Assembly: GCA_963726245.1 (NCBI GenBank)
Contig: CAVSBT010000019.1
Coordinates: 85,855 to 149,854, forward strand
Length of the DNA stretch: 64,000 bases
Direction of reading: 5' to 3'
Source: an uncultured Chloroflexia bacterium
Lineage (GTDB): Bacteria > Chloroflexota > Dehalococcoidia > DSTF01 > JALHUB01
The position numbers were made by a program, and so were the translations under genes. The notes under the pieces were generated by a model. The model was given only the letters and a program-made list of their open reading frames with translations. It was not told the DNA's origin and searched no databases. Below, one piece after another: positions 1 to 10,076 of the stretch (the first letter of the stretch is position 1; every line of letters begins with the position of its first letter).

Positions 1-918
1 GGCGTTCTTGATCGCCTGCGCGCGGCTACGCCCGTGGCAGATGATGACCACGCCGTTCACCCCCAACAGCGGCACGCCCCCATACTCGGCGTAGTCCAAG
101 CGCCGGCGCATGTCGCGCAGGGCGTCCAGCATGAGGAGGGCGCCCAGGCGGTAGCGGAGGCGGCTCTCGACCACTTGGCGCAGTTCGCGAAAGACGAACT
201 CCGCTATCCCCTCGCCCATCTTGACAGCCACGTTGCCCGTGAAGCCGTCTGAGACCACCACCTCCACGGCGCCGTTCATGATGTCCTTCCCCTCCACGTT
301 GCCCACGAAGTTGAGGGACGAGCCGTTGAGCCGGCCGTACACCTCCCGCGTCAGGGCGTTGCCTTTGCTCTTCTCCTCGCCGATGCTGAGAAGTCCCACC
401 CGCGGTCGCTCCGCCCCGTAGACGCGCTCCATGTAGATGGAGCCCATGTGGGCGAACTGGACAAGGTACGAGGCCTTGCAGTCGGCATTGGCGCCCACGT
501 CCAGCGCCAGCACTCCGTACTTGCCCGTGGGGAAGTAGGCGCTCAGGGCCGGCCTCTTGATGCCGCCCAGTCTTCCCAGCACCAGTAGGGCCGAGGCCAC
601 CACAGCCCCGGTGTTCCCGGCCGAGACCACGGCGCCCGCCTGGCCCTCTTTGACAAGGCGCAGGGCTTCATTGATGGAGGAGTGGCGCTTCTGCCGCACG
701 GCCTGGGCCGGCGGCTCCTGCATGCCCACCACCTCGCTGGCGGGCACCACCCGCACCAGGGGGTCGCGGCGACCCTGACGGGCCAGCTCCGCCTCCAGAA
801 CGTCGGGGAGGCCGACCAGCGCCACCTCCACGTCCGTCTCACGCACGGCCATCAGGGCGCCCTTCACCGTCTCCGTGGGGGCATAGTCGCCCCCCATGGC
901 GTCCAGCGCGATGAGCAT
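1..918 (-). CDS. plsX: Phosphate acyltransferase PlsX (3' end beyond window; frameshift near 770)
   Basis: Manual translation from ATG at 918: MLIALDAMGGDYAPTETVKGA; later SAGNTGA, LDVGANAD, NFVGNVEG and VVIICHGRS motifs. Confidence 0.93.
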   Translation of the reverse strand, partial: MLIALDAMGGDYAPTETVKGALMAVRETDVEVALVGLPDVLEAELARQGRRDPLVRVVPASEVVGMQEPPAQAVRQKRHSSINEALRLVKEGQAGAVVSAGNTGAVVASALLVLGRLGGIKRPALSAYFPTGKYGVLALDVGANADCKASYLVQFAHMGSIYMERVYGAERPRVGLLSIGEEKSKGNALTREVYGRLNGSSLNFVGNVEGKDIMNGAVEVVVSDGFTGNVAVKMGEGIAEFVFRELRQVVESRLRYRLGALLMLDALRDMRRRLDYAEYGGVPLLGVNGVVIICHGRSRAQAIKNA

Positions 919-934
919 GCGGCCTTTGTTCTCG

Positions 935-1756
935 TCAGCCAGAGGGTTTCTCCTGACGTGGGGACAGAGTCTTCCGCGAGGGGGCGAGGCCCGCTACGAA
1001 GATCATTCTAGGGGCATGGAGGTCGTAAGGGGAGAGGTCATAGGCGCCGTAGAGGTCCCTTGTCTGCAGGCCGGCCTGGCTGAGCAGGAGCTCCATCTCG
1101 TGCCGGAGGACAAAGCGCAGCTCGAAGGTGACCAGGCGGCGGCGTAGCGACCCCTGTGGCCCCCACTCCTCGTAGATGTGGGTGACATGCTGGACCTGAC
1201 GGGCCGGGTCGGCCTGGCAGCTCTGGAACTTGCTCACCAGCACGTCCCGCACGGCGTCCTTGCGAGTCCACACCAGGCTCAGGGGTTGCACACCCGGCTC
1301 CCACTCCTGGGGCTCGAAGGCGGGCAGGTCGATGACCAGGAGCCCGTCGGAGGCCAGGTGACGGCGGGCGCATTCCAGGGCGCGCACCTGGGCCTCCTGG
1401 CTGCCCAGGTGCATGAAGCCGCCCAGCGCGCAGCAGACCAGTCCGAAGCTCTCCCCGAGGTCGAAGTCCGTCATGTCCTCTTTCAAGAGGCGCAGGTTCG
1501 CGGCCAGCCGCTGGGGGCGCAGGGCTTCCAGCTTGCGTCGGGCCACGGCCAGCATGGCTTCCGAGCGGTCGATGCCCACCACCTTGAAGCCGGCCCGCAG
1601 CAAAGGGATGGCGACGCGCCCGGTGCCGACGCCCAGATCCAGGACCGGCAGGTCGTGACGGCGGCCGAGGTTCTCGTAGATGCCGACGTCTTCCTCGTAG
1701 CCTGCCAGGTCGAGGTCATAGTAGTCAGCGATGACGTTGAAAGGGTCTTCGGTCAT
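935..1756 (-). CDS. Class I SAM-dependent methyltransferase
   Basis: VLDLGVGTGR motif I, VVGIDRS, DMTDFDL, 273-aa ORF. Confidence 0.9.
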   Translation of the reverse strand: MTEDPFNVIADYYDLDLAGYEEDVGIYENLGRRHDLPVLDLGVGTGRVAIPLLRAGFKVVGIDRSEAMLAVARRKLEALRPQRLAANLRLLKEDMTDFDLGESFGLVCCALGGFMHLGSQEAQVRALECARRHLASDGLLVIDLPAFEPQEWEPGVQPLSLVWTRKDAVRDVLVSKFQSCQADPARQVQHVTHIYEEWGPQGSLRRRLVTFELRFVLRHEMELLLSQAGLQTRDLYGAYDLSPYDLHAPRMIFVAGLAPSRKTLSPRQEKPSG

Positions 1757-1810
1757 GGCGATAGCTCTGTTACCCTTGTGTTCATTGATGTTCTAATTCG
1801 CCAAGGCTGG

Positions 1811-2155
1811 TCCTTCGACCCTTCGGCTGTGCTCAGGGCAGGCAGACTCAGGACGAGCGGAACTTGCCCGCTCATGGTGAGCTTGTCGAACCACGAGCGG
1901 GCCACCAGCCTTTTTCAGGACCTTGCCCGGGCGCCTCCTGCGGACTGATGGGCATGATATGTTTGGTCCGAGACGCCCTGGGGGTAGGTGGTTCTGCCCG
2001 CCCGCCCACCCTGGGGAGAAGTGGAATCTGGGGGACACCCCCAGACCCCCGGCAGAGGGGACATGCCCCCTCTGCACTCCCCCAGGGCTGTGTCGCGTTG
2101 TTCTGTCCATCACACAATCCGCGGCTTCCTCGAAGCTGAGGGTTTGAACCCTCAG
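1811..2155. repeat. Cluster of short palindromic/REP-like intergenic elements
   Basis: ccttcgac...agactcaggacgagcgg / ccgctcatggtgagcttgtcgaacc; gggggacacccccagacccccggcagagggg...cccctctgc; ctgagggtt-tg-aaccctcag (2136-2155). Confidence 0.6.
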
Positions 2156-2181
2156 AGATGAATCTCAGTGGTCGATGGCCT

Positions 2182-3359
2182 TCACGGCTGGGCCAGGAAC
2201 TCCTCCTGGATGCGCCGGCGCAGCTCCGGGTCCGTGAGAACGTCGATAGCGGTCATGGCCATGGCTTTGGCGGCGTCCAGGAGGCCTCGCTGTCCGTCTT
2301 CGGAGGCGGCGCAGGCGGCGAACTCGCGGCTGTGGATGCCTACCTCGGGCGGCGCCACGGCGATCGTGGGATGGATGGCGGGCACCAGGGCGCTGACGTT
2401 GCCCATGTCCGTGCTGCCCATGTGCCGGCTGGGCTGATCGTGCGTCTGGCGGCCGACGGCCGCCAGGTTCGCCTTGTGGGCTTCGGCCAGGGCGCTGTTG
2501 CTACGCATGGCGGCGAACTGGTTCTCCGACCAGCGGTACTCCAGGCGGGCGCCGCTTGCCCGTCGCGCCGGCCTCGAAGCAGGCGATGACCTTCGACTTC
2601 AACTCGTCCAGGTAGGCGTCGTCCTCCGCCCGAACCAGGAAGCTGGCCGCCGAGTGGTTCGGCACGACGTTCGCCGCCTGGCCGCCGTCGGTGATCACGC
2701 CGTGGATGCGGGCGCTGTCGCGGATGTGCTGGCGCAGGGCGCCGATGGCGTTGTAGGCGAGGATGAGGGCGTCAAGGGCGTTGACGCCGGTCTCCGGCCG
2801 GGCGGCGGCGTGGGCCTCCCTCCCGAAGTACTCGACCTCCAGGGAGACGCAGGCCAGTGCCCGCGAGTGGACGGCGTTACGGGAGCCGGGATGGGTGAGC
2901 ATAGCGACATCCAGGCCGTCGAAGGCGCCCTGGCGGGCCATGATGACCTTGCCGCCCACGATCTCCTCGGCCGGCGTGCCGATGACAACGAGGGAGCCGC
3001 CCGTCGAGTCGAGGGCTGTTCGCGCCGCCAAGGCGGCGGCCGCGGCGCTGACGCCGATGAGGTTGTGGCCGCAGGCGTGGCCAACGCCGGGCAGGGCGTC
3101 GTACTCGGCCAGGAAGGCGACGCGGGGCCCGCCCTGGCCCGCGGTGGCCCGGAAGGCGGTGGGCAGGCCGCAGATCCCCCTCTCGACCTGGAATCCGGCC
3201 TTTCTCCAGGAGTTCGCAGAGCCAGGCGCTGGCCTTGTGCTCCTGGAGGCCCGCCTCTGGGTTGTCGTGGATGCGGCGGCTCAGGTCGATGAGCTCTTGC
3301 CGGTGGACCTCGACCTCGGCGACGGCGCGGGCTTTGAGACGTTCCTTGTCAATGGCCAT
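2182..3359 (-). CDS. M20 family metallopeptidase/amidohydrolase (frameshifted)
   Basis: MAIDKERL...IHDNPE, AEYDAL..GHACGHNL, GTPAEE, GREAHAAARPE, GSTDMGNVS across several frames. Confidence 0.88.
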
Positions 3360-3556
3360 AGAGTGGCCCCCCGCGCGAGCCGGACGGCGGCCGCGGCATC
3401 GAGGCACCGCATTGTAGGGATGCCCCCGCCCGTCCGTCAAGCGGACTATGTGGCTAATCTGGCATCCGGCCTGCCAACGTCGGGGCGCAGCAGGCTGCGC
3501 CCCTAGAAGGTCAGACGAATAGGGAGCCGACGGGGTTCGACGGGCTCAGCGCCCTG

Positions 3557-5413
3557 CTACCCGTGGATGACGTCCGCCACGTCCTTGAGGCCCAGCTCCT
3601 CCAGCTTCCGGCGGCTGGGCTTGCTGGTCTCGGGGTCCCAGTCGCAGGTCTCCAAGAACTCCTTCTCCTGCGTCTTCCAGTCCAGGGTGAAGTCCTTCAA
3701 GGGCCCTTCGTGCAAGGAAGGAGAGCCCACCAGCCGGCCTGGGACCTCGCGCTTGGCCGGGTTGCCGCCCTCGCGCACCTCGAAGGCCATGCGCAGGTTG
3801 GCGATGCGCTCGCCGGCCTTCAGGAGCTCCTCGTTGGTGGTGTCCCAGCCCGTGGCGGCGTTGATCCACTCCGGGAGGCGGTCGTTGGGCGCCGCCATCA
3901 TGATGAACAAGCACATGCCGGTAGCGTTGACGACGTGGACGTACTCGGCGCCTCCCTTGTGGTGGGCGGCGCGGCCGGTGCCGACGCCCTTCTCCTGCTG
4001 GGTGGCAGGTATGCCCCACTGGGCGCGGGGGCTGCCTTCGTACTGGGTGTGGCGGGCCGGCGTGGCGTCCAGCTTATAGGTCGTGTAGAACTCGGGCTGG
4101 TGCTTCGGGTCGTGCATGGGAAGCTCTTCGCCGCCGACGTGCATGGCGAACGGCTGCGCCCGCGGCCCGAGGCGCTCCGCCGCCTTCTGGATGCCGTCGG
4201 CCAGGACATCGCCGAAGCCCTCGCGCTTCCCGATCTTGTGCAGCATCTCGATGCTGGCATCGGGGTTGCTCCAGCGGAGGTCGATGCCGTCGGTGTCCTC
4301 CTTGGTGATGACGCCGTTCTCAAAGCACTCGGTGGCGAAGGCGATGACGGCCCCGGCGGAGATGGTGTCCATGCCGTAGAGGTTGCAGATGTGGTTGGCG
4401 TGCTGGATGAAGTCGACGTCGGCGTTGAGGGTCAACGCCCCGAAGGAGGCGGCCGTCTCGTACTCGGCGCGGTGCGTCTTGGCCGGGTAGGGGTACTTCG
4501 GGTTCTCCGACTCCTTGCTCTCGGCGCCGCAGGCCAGCGGACAGTGCCAGCAGGCGTAGTGCTTCTGCATCCTCTTGTTGAAGTTGTCGCCGAGCAGCTC
4601 CATGGCCTGTGGAAAGTCCGACGCGCCCGCGCCGCCCCAGTTCTTCACCGGCGAGTCGCCGGAGAAGGCGGAGCCCACCGTGATGCCGGTGGTGCCGTAG
4701 GTGCGGAAGAACTTGGCCACGGGCTGTACGAACTCGTCCAGCGCGGCGCGTACCAGGGCGCGGACCTCCTTGTCGGCGCCGAGGATGATGGCCCGGGAGG
4801 AGTTGATGACCACGGCCTTGAGCCGTTTGGAGCCCATCACGGCGCCCAGGCCGCTGCGGGCGGCCAGGCGGCCCCTCTCGTTGGAGATGCCCGCCATGTA
4901 GGAGAGCTTCTCCCCCGCCTCGCCGATGCAGGCGACGCTGGCCTTCTTGCCGTGGCGCTCCTTCAGCTTCTCCTCCACCGCGATGGCGTCCATTCCCCAG
5001 AGGTCGCGGGCGTCCTCCAGGGTCGCCCTCTCGTCCTCTATGTGGAGGTAGACGGGCCGGTCTGCGATGCCGCTGAAGAGGACGGCGTCCCAGCCCGCGT
5101 TCTTGAGGTAAGGACCCACGTCGCCGCCGGAGTTGGCGTCGCCCCAGCCTCCCGTCTTCGGCGACTTGCCCACCGCCTGGTAGCGGATGCCGAAGAGGGG
5201 AGTGCCGGTCAGGAGGCCTGGGAACAGGCCGAGGACGTTGTCGCGCCCGAGGGGATCGGCTCCCCGGGGTATGCGGTCGAACAGCAGACGTGCCCCCAGC
5301 CCGTAGCCGCCGAGGTAGGTGCGATACATCTGCTCGGGCAGGTGCTCTGCCTCAATGACATCGGTGCCGAGGTGGACATTCAGGATCTTGCCGTTGAAGG
5401 CTCGTTCTTCCAT
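3557..5413 (-). CDS. aor: Aldehyde:ferredoxin oxidoreductase (W/Mo-pterin AOR family)
   Basis: YLGGYGLG, KSPKTGG, ARSGLGAVMGSKRLKA, CWHCPLAC Fe-S motif, EYET, GMDTISAG; 618 aa. Confidence 0.93.
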   Translation of the reverse strand: MEERAFNGKILNVHLGTDVIEAEHLPEQMYRTYLGGYGLGARLLFDRIPRGADPLGRDNVLGLFPGLLTGTPLFGIRYQAVGKSPKTGGWGDANSGGDVGPYLKNAGWDAVLFSGIADRPVYLHIEDERATLEDARDLWGMDAIAVEEKLKERHGKKASVACIGEAGEKLSYMAGISNERGRLAARSGLGAVMGSKRLKAVVINSSRAIILGADKEVRALVRAALDEFVQPVAKFFRTYGTTGITVGSAFSGDSPVKNWGGAGASDFPQAMELLGDNFNKRMQKHYACWHCPLACGAESKESENPKYPYPAKTHRAEYETAASFGALTLNADVDFIQHANHICNLYGMDTISAGAVIAFATECFENGVITKEDTDGIDLRWSNPDASIEMLHKIGKREGFGDVLADGIQKAAERLGPRAQPFAMHVGGEELPMHDPKHQPEFYTTYKLDATPARHTQYEGSPRAQWGIPATQQEKGVGTGRAAHHKGGAEYVHVVNATGMCLFIMMAAPNDRLPEWINAATGWDTTNEELLKAGERIANLRMAFEVREGGNPAKREVPGRLVGSPSLHEGPLKDFTLDWKTQEKEFLETCDWDPETSKPSRRKLEELGLKDVADVIHG

Positions 5414-5557
5414 GGCGGGGATCTCCTCCAGAGCGTGGGGACAGCGGCCAGGCAGAGCCTGCGAGACCGATTATAGGCTCGCGTGGAGCGATTGGTCAAT
5501 CAAGTGCTTATTTTACTTTCCCTATGCCCTCACGTTTGGAGGGCCGGCGGAGGCGCC

Positions 5558-6806
5558 CTACTCGACGCGGATGCCCGGCGCCGGGAAGGACCGGCAGAGC
5601 TCGCGCACCTCGCCGCTGATGCGCTCCAGGACCGCCTCGTCCTCCACGTTGGACACCGCCTCCTCCATCCAGGCGGCGACCTGTCGCATCTCCGCCTCAC
5701 CCATGCCGCGTGAGGTGACGGACGGTGTGCCGATGCGCACGCCGCTGGGGCTGAAGGGCCGGCGCGGGTCGTAGGGGATGGTGTTGTAGTTGGTGACGAT
5801 GCCGGCGCGGTCCAGCGCCTTCGCCGCCTTCTTGGCGATCACCTCCTTGTTCGTCAGGTCGATGAGGATGAGGTGATTGTCGGTGCCGCCGGAGATGAGG
5901 GAGAAGCCGCGCTCCCGGAGCTCCGCCGCCAGCACCTTGGCGTTGCGGACTATCTGCTGTCCGTACTCCCTGAACTCGGGCGTGGCCGCCTCCTTCAGCG
6001 CCACGCCGATGGCCGGCCGTAGTGTGGTTGTGAGGCCCTCCCTGGAGCGCCGGGAAGACGGCCCTATCGATCTTGGCCGCCAGGTCGGCGCGACAGAGGA
6101 TCATGGCGCCTCGAGGGCCCCGGAGCGTCTTGTGCGTGGTGGTGGTGATCACATCGGCGTACGGCGCGGGGTCCGGATGCGCCCCTGCCACCACGAGGCC
6201 TGCTATGTGGGCGATGTCCGCCAGGAAGTAGGCGTCCACCTCGTGGGCGATCTCGCCGAAGGCCTTGAAGTCGAACAGCCGGGGATACGCGGTGGCGCCG
6301 GCGACGATGATGCGGGGCCTCTCGCGTCGCGCCATGTCGCGCACGGCGTCGTAGTCGATGAGGTGGGTCTTGGGGTCCACCGTGTACTGAACGGAGCGGT
6401 AGAAGCGGGCGGAGAAGCTCACCTCCCAGCCGTGGGTGAGGTGCCCGCCGTGCGGCAGGCTGAGCCCCATGATCGTCTCGCCGGGCTCCAACAGGCCGTA
6501 GTAGACCGCCATGTTGGCCGGCGAGCCCGAGTAGGGCTGGACGTTGGCGTGATCCATGTGGAAGAGGGCCTGGGCCCGCTCCTTCACCAGCTCTTCCAGC
6601 CGGTCGATGTTGCGCTGCCCTTCGTAGTAGCGCTTTCCCGGGTAGCCCTCCGAGTACTTGTTGGTGAGGACGGAGCCCACAGCCTCCATTACCGCCGCCG
6701 AGGCGTAGTTCTCGGACGGGATGAGGCGCAGGGTCTCGAACTGGTACCTCTCCTCCTCCCGGATCAGGGAGTAAATCTCAGGATCGGTCTGCTGTAGCTC
6801 TAGCAT
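5558..6806 (-). CDS. glyA: Serine hydroxymethyltransferase (frameshift near 6015)
   Basis: [40 protein letters not shown] (PLP Lys), GGTDNHL; ATG at 6806 with GGAGG RBS. Confidence 0.96.
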
Positions 6807-6933
6807 GTTCGCCCTCCTCCGGATGCCGTTTTGCCCGGACGAATCCGCCCCGTCTGTGGGATGCCCGTTTGCCCGTCTGTCCGGCAAACACGCAAACAGG
6901 CAAACGGGCAGGTACGCCTGCCTGCCGCAGGCA

Positions 6934-6965
6934 GAAAAACAGCCACGTCACGGGCCGACGTGGCT
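6934..6965 (-). terminator. Intrinsic terminator in the glyA 5' leader (attenuator)
   Basis: Minus strand: AGCCACGTC-GGCCCGT-GACGTGGCT followed by GTTTTTC. Confidence 0.75.
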
Positions 6966-6993
6966 CAACGCAGGGCAAGACCGGCCGCCAGCC

Positions 6994-7050
6994 CTAGTCG
7001 TGACGCGGCCCGCGTCCGTCTCCCCTCGAAACTACAGTCCTGGAAGGCAT
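6994..7050 (-). CDS. Putative glyA leader peptide MPSRTVVSRGDGRGPRHD
   Basis: AAGGAG RBS then ATG at 7050, TAG at 6996-6994; lies between promoter and terminator. Confidence 0.55.
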   Translation of the reverse strand: MPSRTVVSRGDGRGPRHD

Positions 7051-7067
7051 CTTCTCCTTACGTGGGC

Positions 7068-7097
7068 AGTGTAGCGGAGCCCTCTCGCGGGTGTCAA
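7068..7097 (-). promoter_or_regulatory. Sigma70-type promoter for the glyA leader
   Basis: TTGACA-18 nt-TACACT on minus strand. Confidence 0.7.
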
Positions 7098-7116
7098 CGA
7101 CTGTGGGAATAGCTCG

Positions 7117-8509
7117 TTAGTCGCTGGCTGTTTCGTCCAGGCCCAACTGCTGGCGGTAGTCGGGCTCCACGGCCTGGACGGCGCCCATCTCCTGCATCTT
7201 CTCGAAGGGGAGCCGGAAGATCTCCCGCACCATGTCCTGAACCATCGCGAACGTCAGGCCCTCCGGCAGCTCCAGGATCGGCTCGCTGCCGGTGACGCCC
7301 TCCGCCTCGAGGGAGGCCAGCTCCTCGTCGGAAAGGCCGAGCATGCCCTGGAGCACCTCGCGGTTGTGCTGGCCCAGCACGGGCGCCGCCGAGCCCACGC
7401 GCGTCTCGAAGCGGTCGAACCTGGCGACGAGATGGCGGGGCACCGGCCGCCGGCCCAGGACGGGGTGATCCACCAGGTGGAAGTGCTGGCGCTCGCGGAA
7501 GTGCGGGTCCACGAGCAGGTCCTTGCCGGTTGAGCACCGGCGCCGCCTTGACGCCGGCGCGCTGGAGGAGGTGGAAGGCCTCGTAGTGGTCCTGTTCGCG
7601 GGTCCAGCCCTCGATGAGCGCGTCGAGGGTATCGTGGTTCTCGTGGCGCGCGAGGACATCGGCGAAGCGCTCGTCCTCGGTCCACTCAGGGTGGCCGGTG
7701 GCGCGGCAGAAGGCGGCCCACTCGTCGTCGTTCTCGATGGAGATGACGAGCCAGTCGTCGTCGCCGCGGCAGTGGTAGCAGCCCTGCGGCGCCGCCCACG
7801 AGCTGCGATTGCCCATGCGCTCGGGCAGCCGGCCGTTCATCTGGTAGTCCATGAGCGCGGCGCCCATGACGGCCATCGCCCCCTCCTGCTGTGAGAGGTC
7901 GATGAACTGCCCCCGACCCGTGCGCTGCCGGTAATGAAGGGCGGCTAGCACCGCTCCAGCGGCGAGGACGCCCGTCAGCGGGTCGGTTAAGGAGATGCCG
8001 CTGCGGATGGACGGCCCGCCCGGGTAGCCCGTGGCCGACGATATGCCGGAGGCGGACTCCAGCCCCATGCCGTAGGCGCTCCAGTCGCTGTAGGGCCCAG
8101 TTTGGCCGTAGCCGGACATGGAGAGCATGATGATGTCCGGCTTCAACTGCCGGACCGTCTCATACTCCAACTCGAAGGCCTTCATGACACGCGGCGTGAA
8201 GCTCTCCACCAGGACGTCGCTATCGGCGATGAGGCGGTGGAGGAGGCCGCGGCCCGGCTCGCTGGTCAGGTCCAGGGTGATGCTCCGCTTGCCGGCGTTG
8301 TGAACGGCGAAGTAGCAGGTCCGGTTCCAGGGCTGATCGGCGGAGTCGTTGTCGGTCATTATGAGGCCGCGGGCGATGTCGAGCCGCTGCCGCGCCTCTA
8401 TCTTGATGACATCGGCTCCGAGCTCGGAGAGGATGCGGGTGCACGTCGGCCCGGCGAAGACGTGGGAGAGGTCCAGCACCCGGACGCCGTCGAGGGGTAG
8501 CGCCGCCAT
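7117..8509 (-). CDS. Family III CoA-transferase (CaiB/BaiF), subunit with catalytic Asp (frameshift near 7525)
   Basis: VRVLDLSHVFAGP, NAGKRSITLDL, SGYGQTGPY, SGISLTD, APVLGQHN. Confidence 0.9.
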
Positions 8510-8511
8510 GC

Positions 8512-9744
8512 CTAGATCACCCCCCGGTCTCGCAGGATGCCCAGGTCCTGCCGGTCATAGCCCACCTCGCCGAGAACAGCCTCGTTGTCCTGCCCCAGGG
8601 TCGGGGCCGGCCCGCTGCGAAGCGGCGTCTCGCTCATCCGGAGGGGCGCTCCCGGATGGCGGAGGCTGACGCCACCGGGGTGCTCGATCTCCACGAAGAA
8701 GGCCCGCTCCGCCAGGTGCTCGTCCTCCAGCAGGTCGGCCGCCGTCGGCACCAGAGCGAAGGGCATGCGCAGCTCCTGCGCCGTCTCCACGATCTGGCGG
8801 CTGGAGTGCGTCGTCAGCCAGGGGAGGAGCAGCTCATCCAGCTCGCGCCAGCGGATGAAGCGCGCCTGCATGTCCTGGAAGAGGGGGTTCTGGTCCAGCT
8901 CCAAGTCCTCCAGGAGGAGCGACATGGGCGAGGCGCCCTGGTCCAGCAGCGGCCTGGGGAAGCCCTGGGCGCCGGGGATCACCACCACGTATCCGTCCTG
9001 GCTGGGCAGGATGTCCATGGGATAGCCGAAGACGTGTCGCGAGTAGAAGCGCCGGCGGATGGCCCCCAGGTAGGCATACATGGCGGCGTTGTACTCGTCG
9101 GCGGCGGCGACCGATTCGACCAGCGAGACGTCGACGTGCTGGCCGCCGCCGTTTCGCTCGCGGTAGGCGAGGGCGGCCAGGATGCCCACGAACGCCTGGA
9201 GCCCGGCGAAGTAGCCGGCCGGCTCGCAGCCTGTCGACAGCGGCTCGCGGTCCGGCTCGCCGGTGGTGTACATTATGCTGCTCATCGCCATGGCGACCAG
9301 GCTGTTGGCGTCGTAGTCGCGGTAAGGCCCCGTCTGCCCGAAGGGGCTGATCGAGGAGTAGATCAGCTCCGGGAAGTCTGCCCGAAGCTGCTCGTAGCCG
9401 ATGCCCCAGTCGTCCACGCGGCCCGGCGGGTAGCTCTCGACCAGCACGTCGGCCCGGGCGAGCAGCTTCTTGAGGACGACCACCCCGGAGGCGGTGGCCA
9501 CGTCCAGCGTCACGCTCTTCTTGTTCGTGTTCAGGTGGAGGAAGAGGCCGCTCCTCTCTGGGTGAGGGAGGTCGCTGGGGAAGGGCCCCAGACGGCGGGA
9601 CACGTCGCCGCCGGGCGGCTCGATCTTGATGACCTCCGCCCCGCAGTCGGCGAGCAGCTTGGTGCAGTAGGGGCCGGCCACGCCCTGAGTCAGGTCGACC
9701 ACACGCAGGTCGGAGAGGGCGGCGTCGGTCAAGGGGTCCTCCAA
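8512..9744 (-). CDS. Family III CoA-transferase, subunit lacking the catalytic Asp
   Basis: LRVVDLTQGVAGP, NTNKKSVTLD, SPFGQTGPY, APTLGQDN; TGCEPAG at the Asp position. Confidence 0.88.
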   Translation of the reverse strand: MEDPLTDAALSDLRVVDLTQGVAGPYCTKLLADCGAEVIKIEPPGGDVSRRLGPFPSDLPHPERSGLFLHLNTNKKSVTLDVATASGVVVLKKLLARADVLVESYPPGRVDDWGIGYEQLRADFPELIYSSISPFGQTGPYRDYDANSLVAMAMSSIMYTTGEPDREPLSTGCEPAGYFAGLQAFVGILAALAYRERNGGGQHVDVSLVESVAAADEYNAAMYAYLGAIRRRFYSRHVFGYPMDILPSQDGYVVVIPGAQGFPRPLLDQGASPMSLLLEDLELDQNPLFQDMQARFIRWRELDELLLPWLTTHSSRQIVETAQELRMPFALVPTAADLLEDEHLAERAFFVEIEHPGGVSLRHPGAPLRMSETPLRSGPAPTLGQDNEAVLGEVGYDRQDLGILRDRGVI

Positions 9745-9863
9745 TTCGCCGGCAGCGAGGCCTGAAGAGGGAGACGGGGGCGTGAGTCACGCCCCCGTGA
9801 ATATACATACAACGGCCGGCGGGTAGGCGCAACGGCGGCCTTACTGCGCAACGCGGGGGTCGA

Positions 9864-9891
9864 GTAGGGGCGCACGGCCGTGCGCCCCTAC
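9864..9891. repeat. GTAG-type REP-like perfect palindrome
   Basis: gtaggggcgcacgg-ccgtgcgcccctac. Confidence 0.7.
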
Positions 9892-10030
9892 CACAGCGGC
9901 GTCCGTTCGCGCAGCATCTTCTCGATGAGGGGCAGGGCCTCTCGCGCCGCCTCCTCGCCGCGACGGAGGCTGAGCGGCATGTGGAAGGGTGAGTTGGCGT
10001 TGGTCATGCCGCCGCTGATGGCGTCGAAGG
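9888..10030 (-). pseudogene. C-terminal gene remnant, possibly patatin-like
   Basis: AFDAISGGMTNANSPFHMPLSLRRGEEAAREALPLIEKMLRERTPLW*; no convincing N-terminal part before lgt ends at 10077. Confidence 0.35.
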
Positions 10031-10076
10031 CATGTTTGCCCTAGTGGTGGGCGTGTTGTCGTTAAGAGGCCCGCGG

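Noticed and set aside
3563-5476. Long antisense ORFs (637 aa here; also 34482-36377, 52923-54878, 30687-32066)
   Set aside because: Shadow frames of real genes in high-GC DNA, with no recognisable motifs
6934-7070. ZTP (pfl), glycine or THF riboswitch, or T-box, upstream of glyA
   Set aside because: CTGGCG is present, but by eye I found no ZTP GGTGG..CCAC stem or 3' CGCCTGGG hairpin, no glycine-aptamer motifs and no T-box TGGNACC; an Infernal scan is still needed
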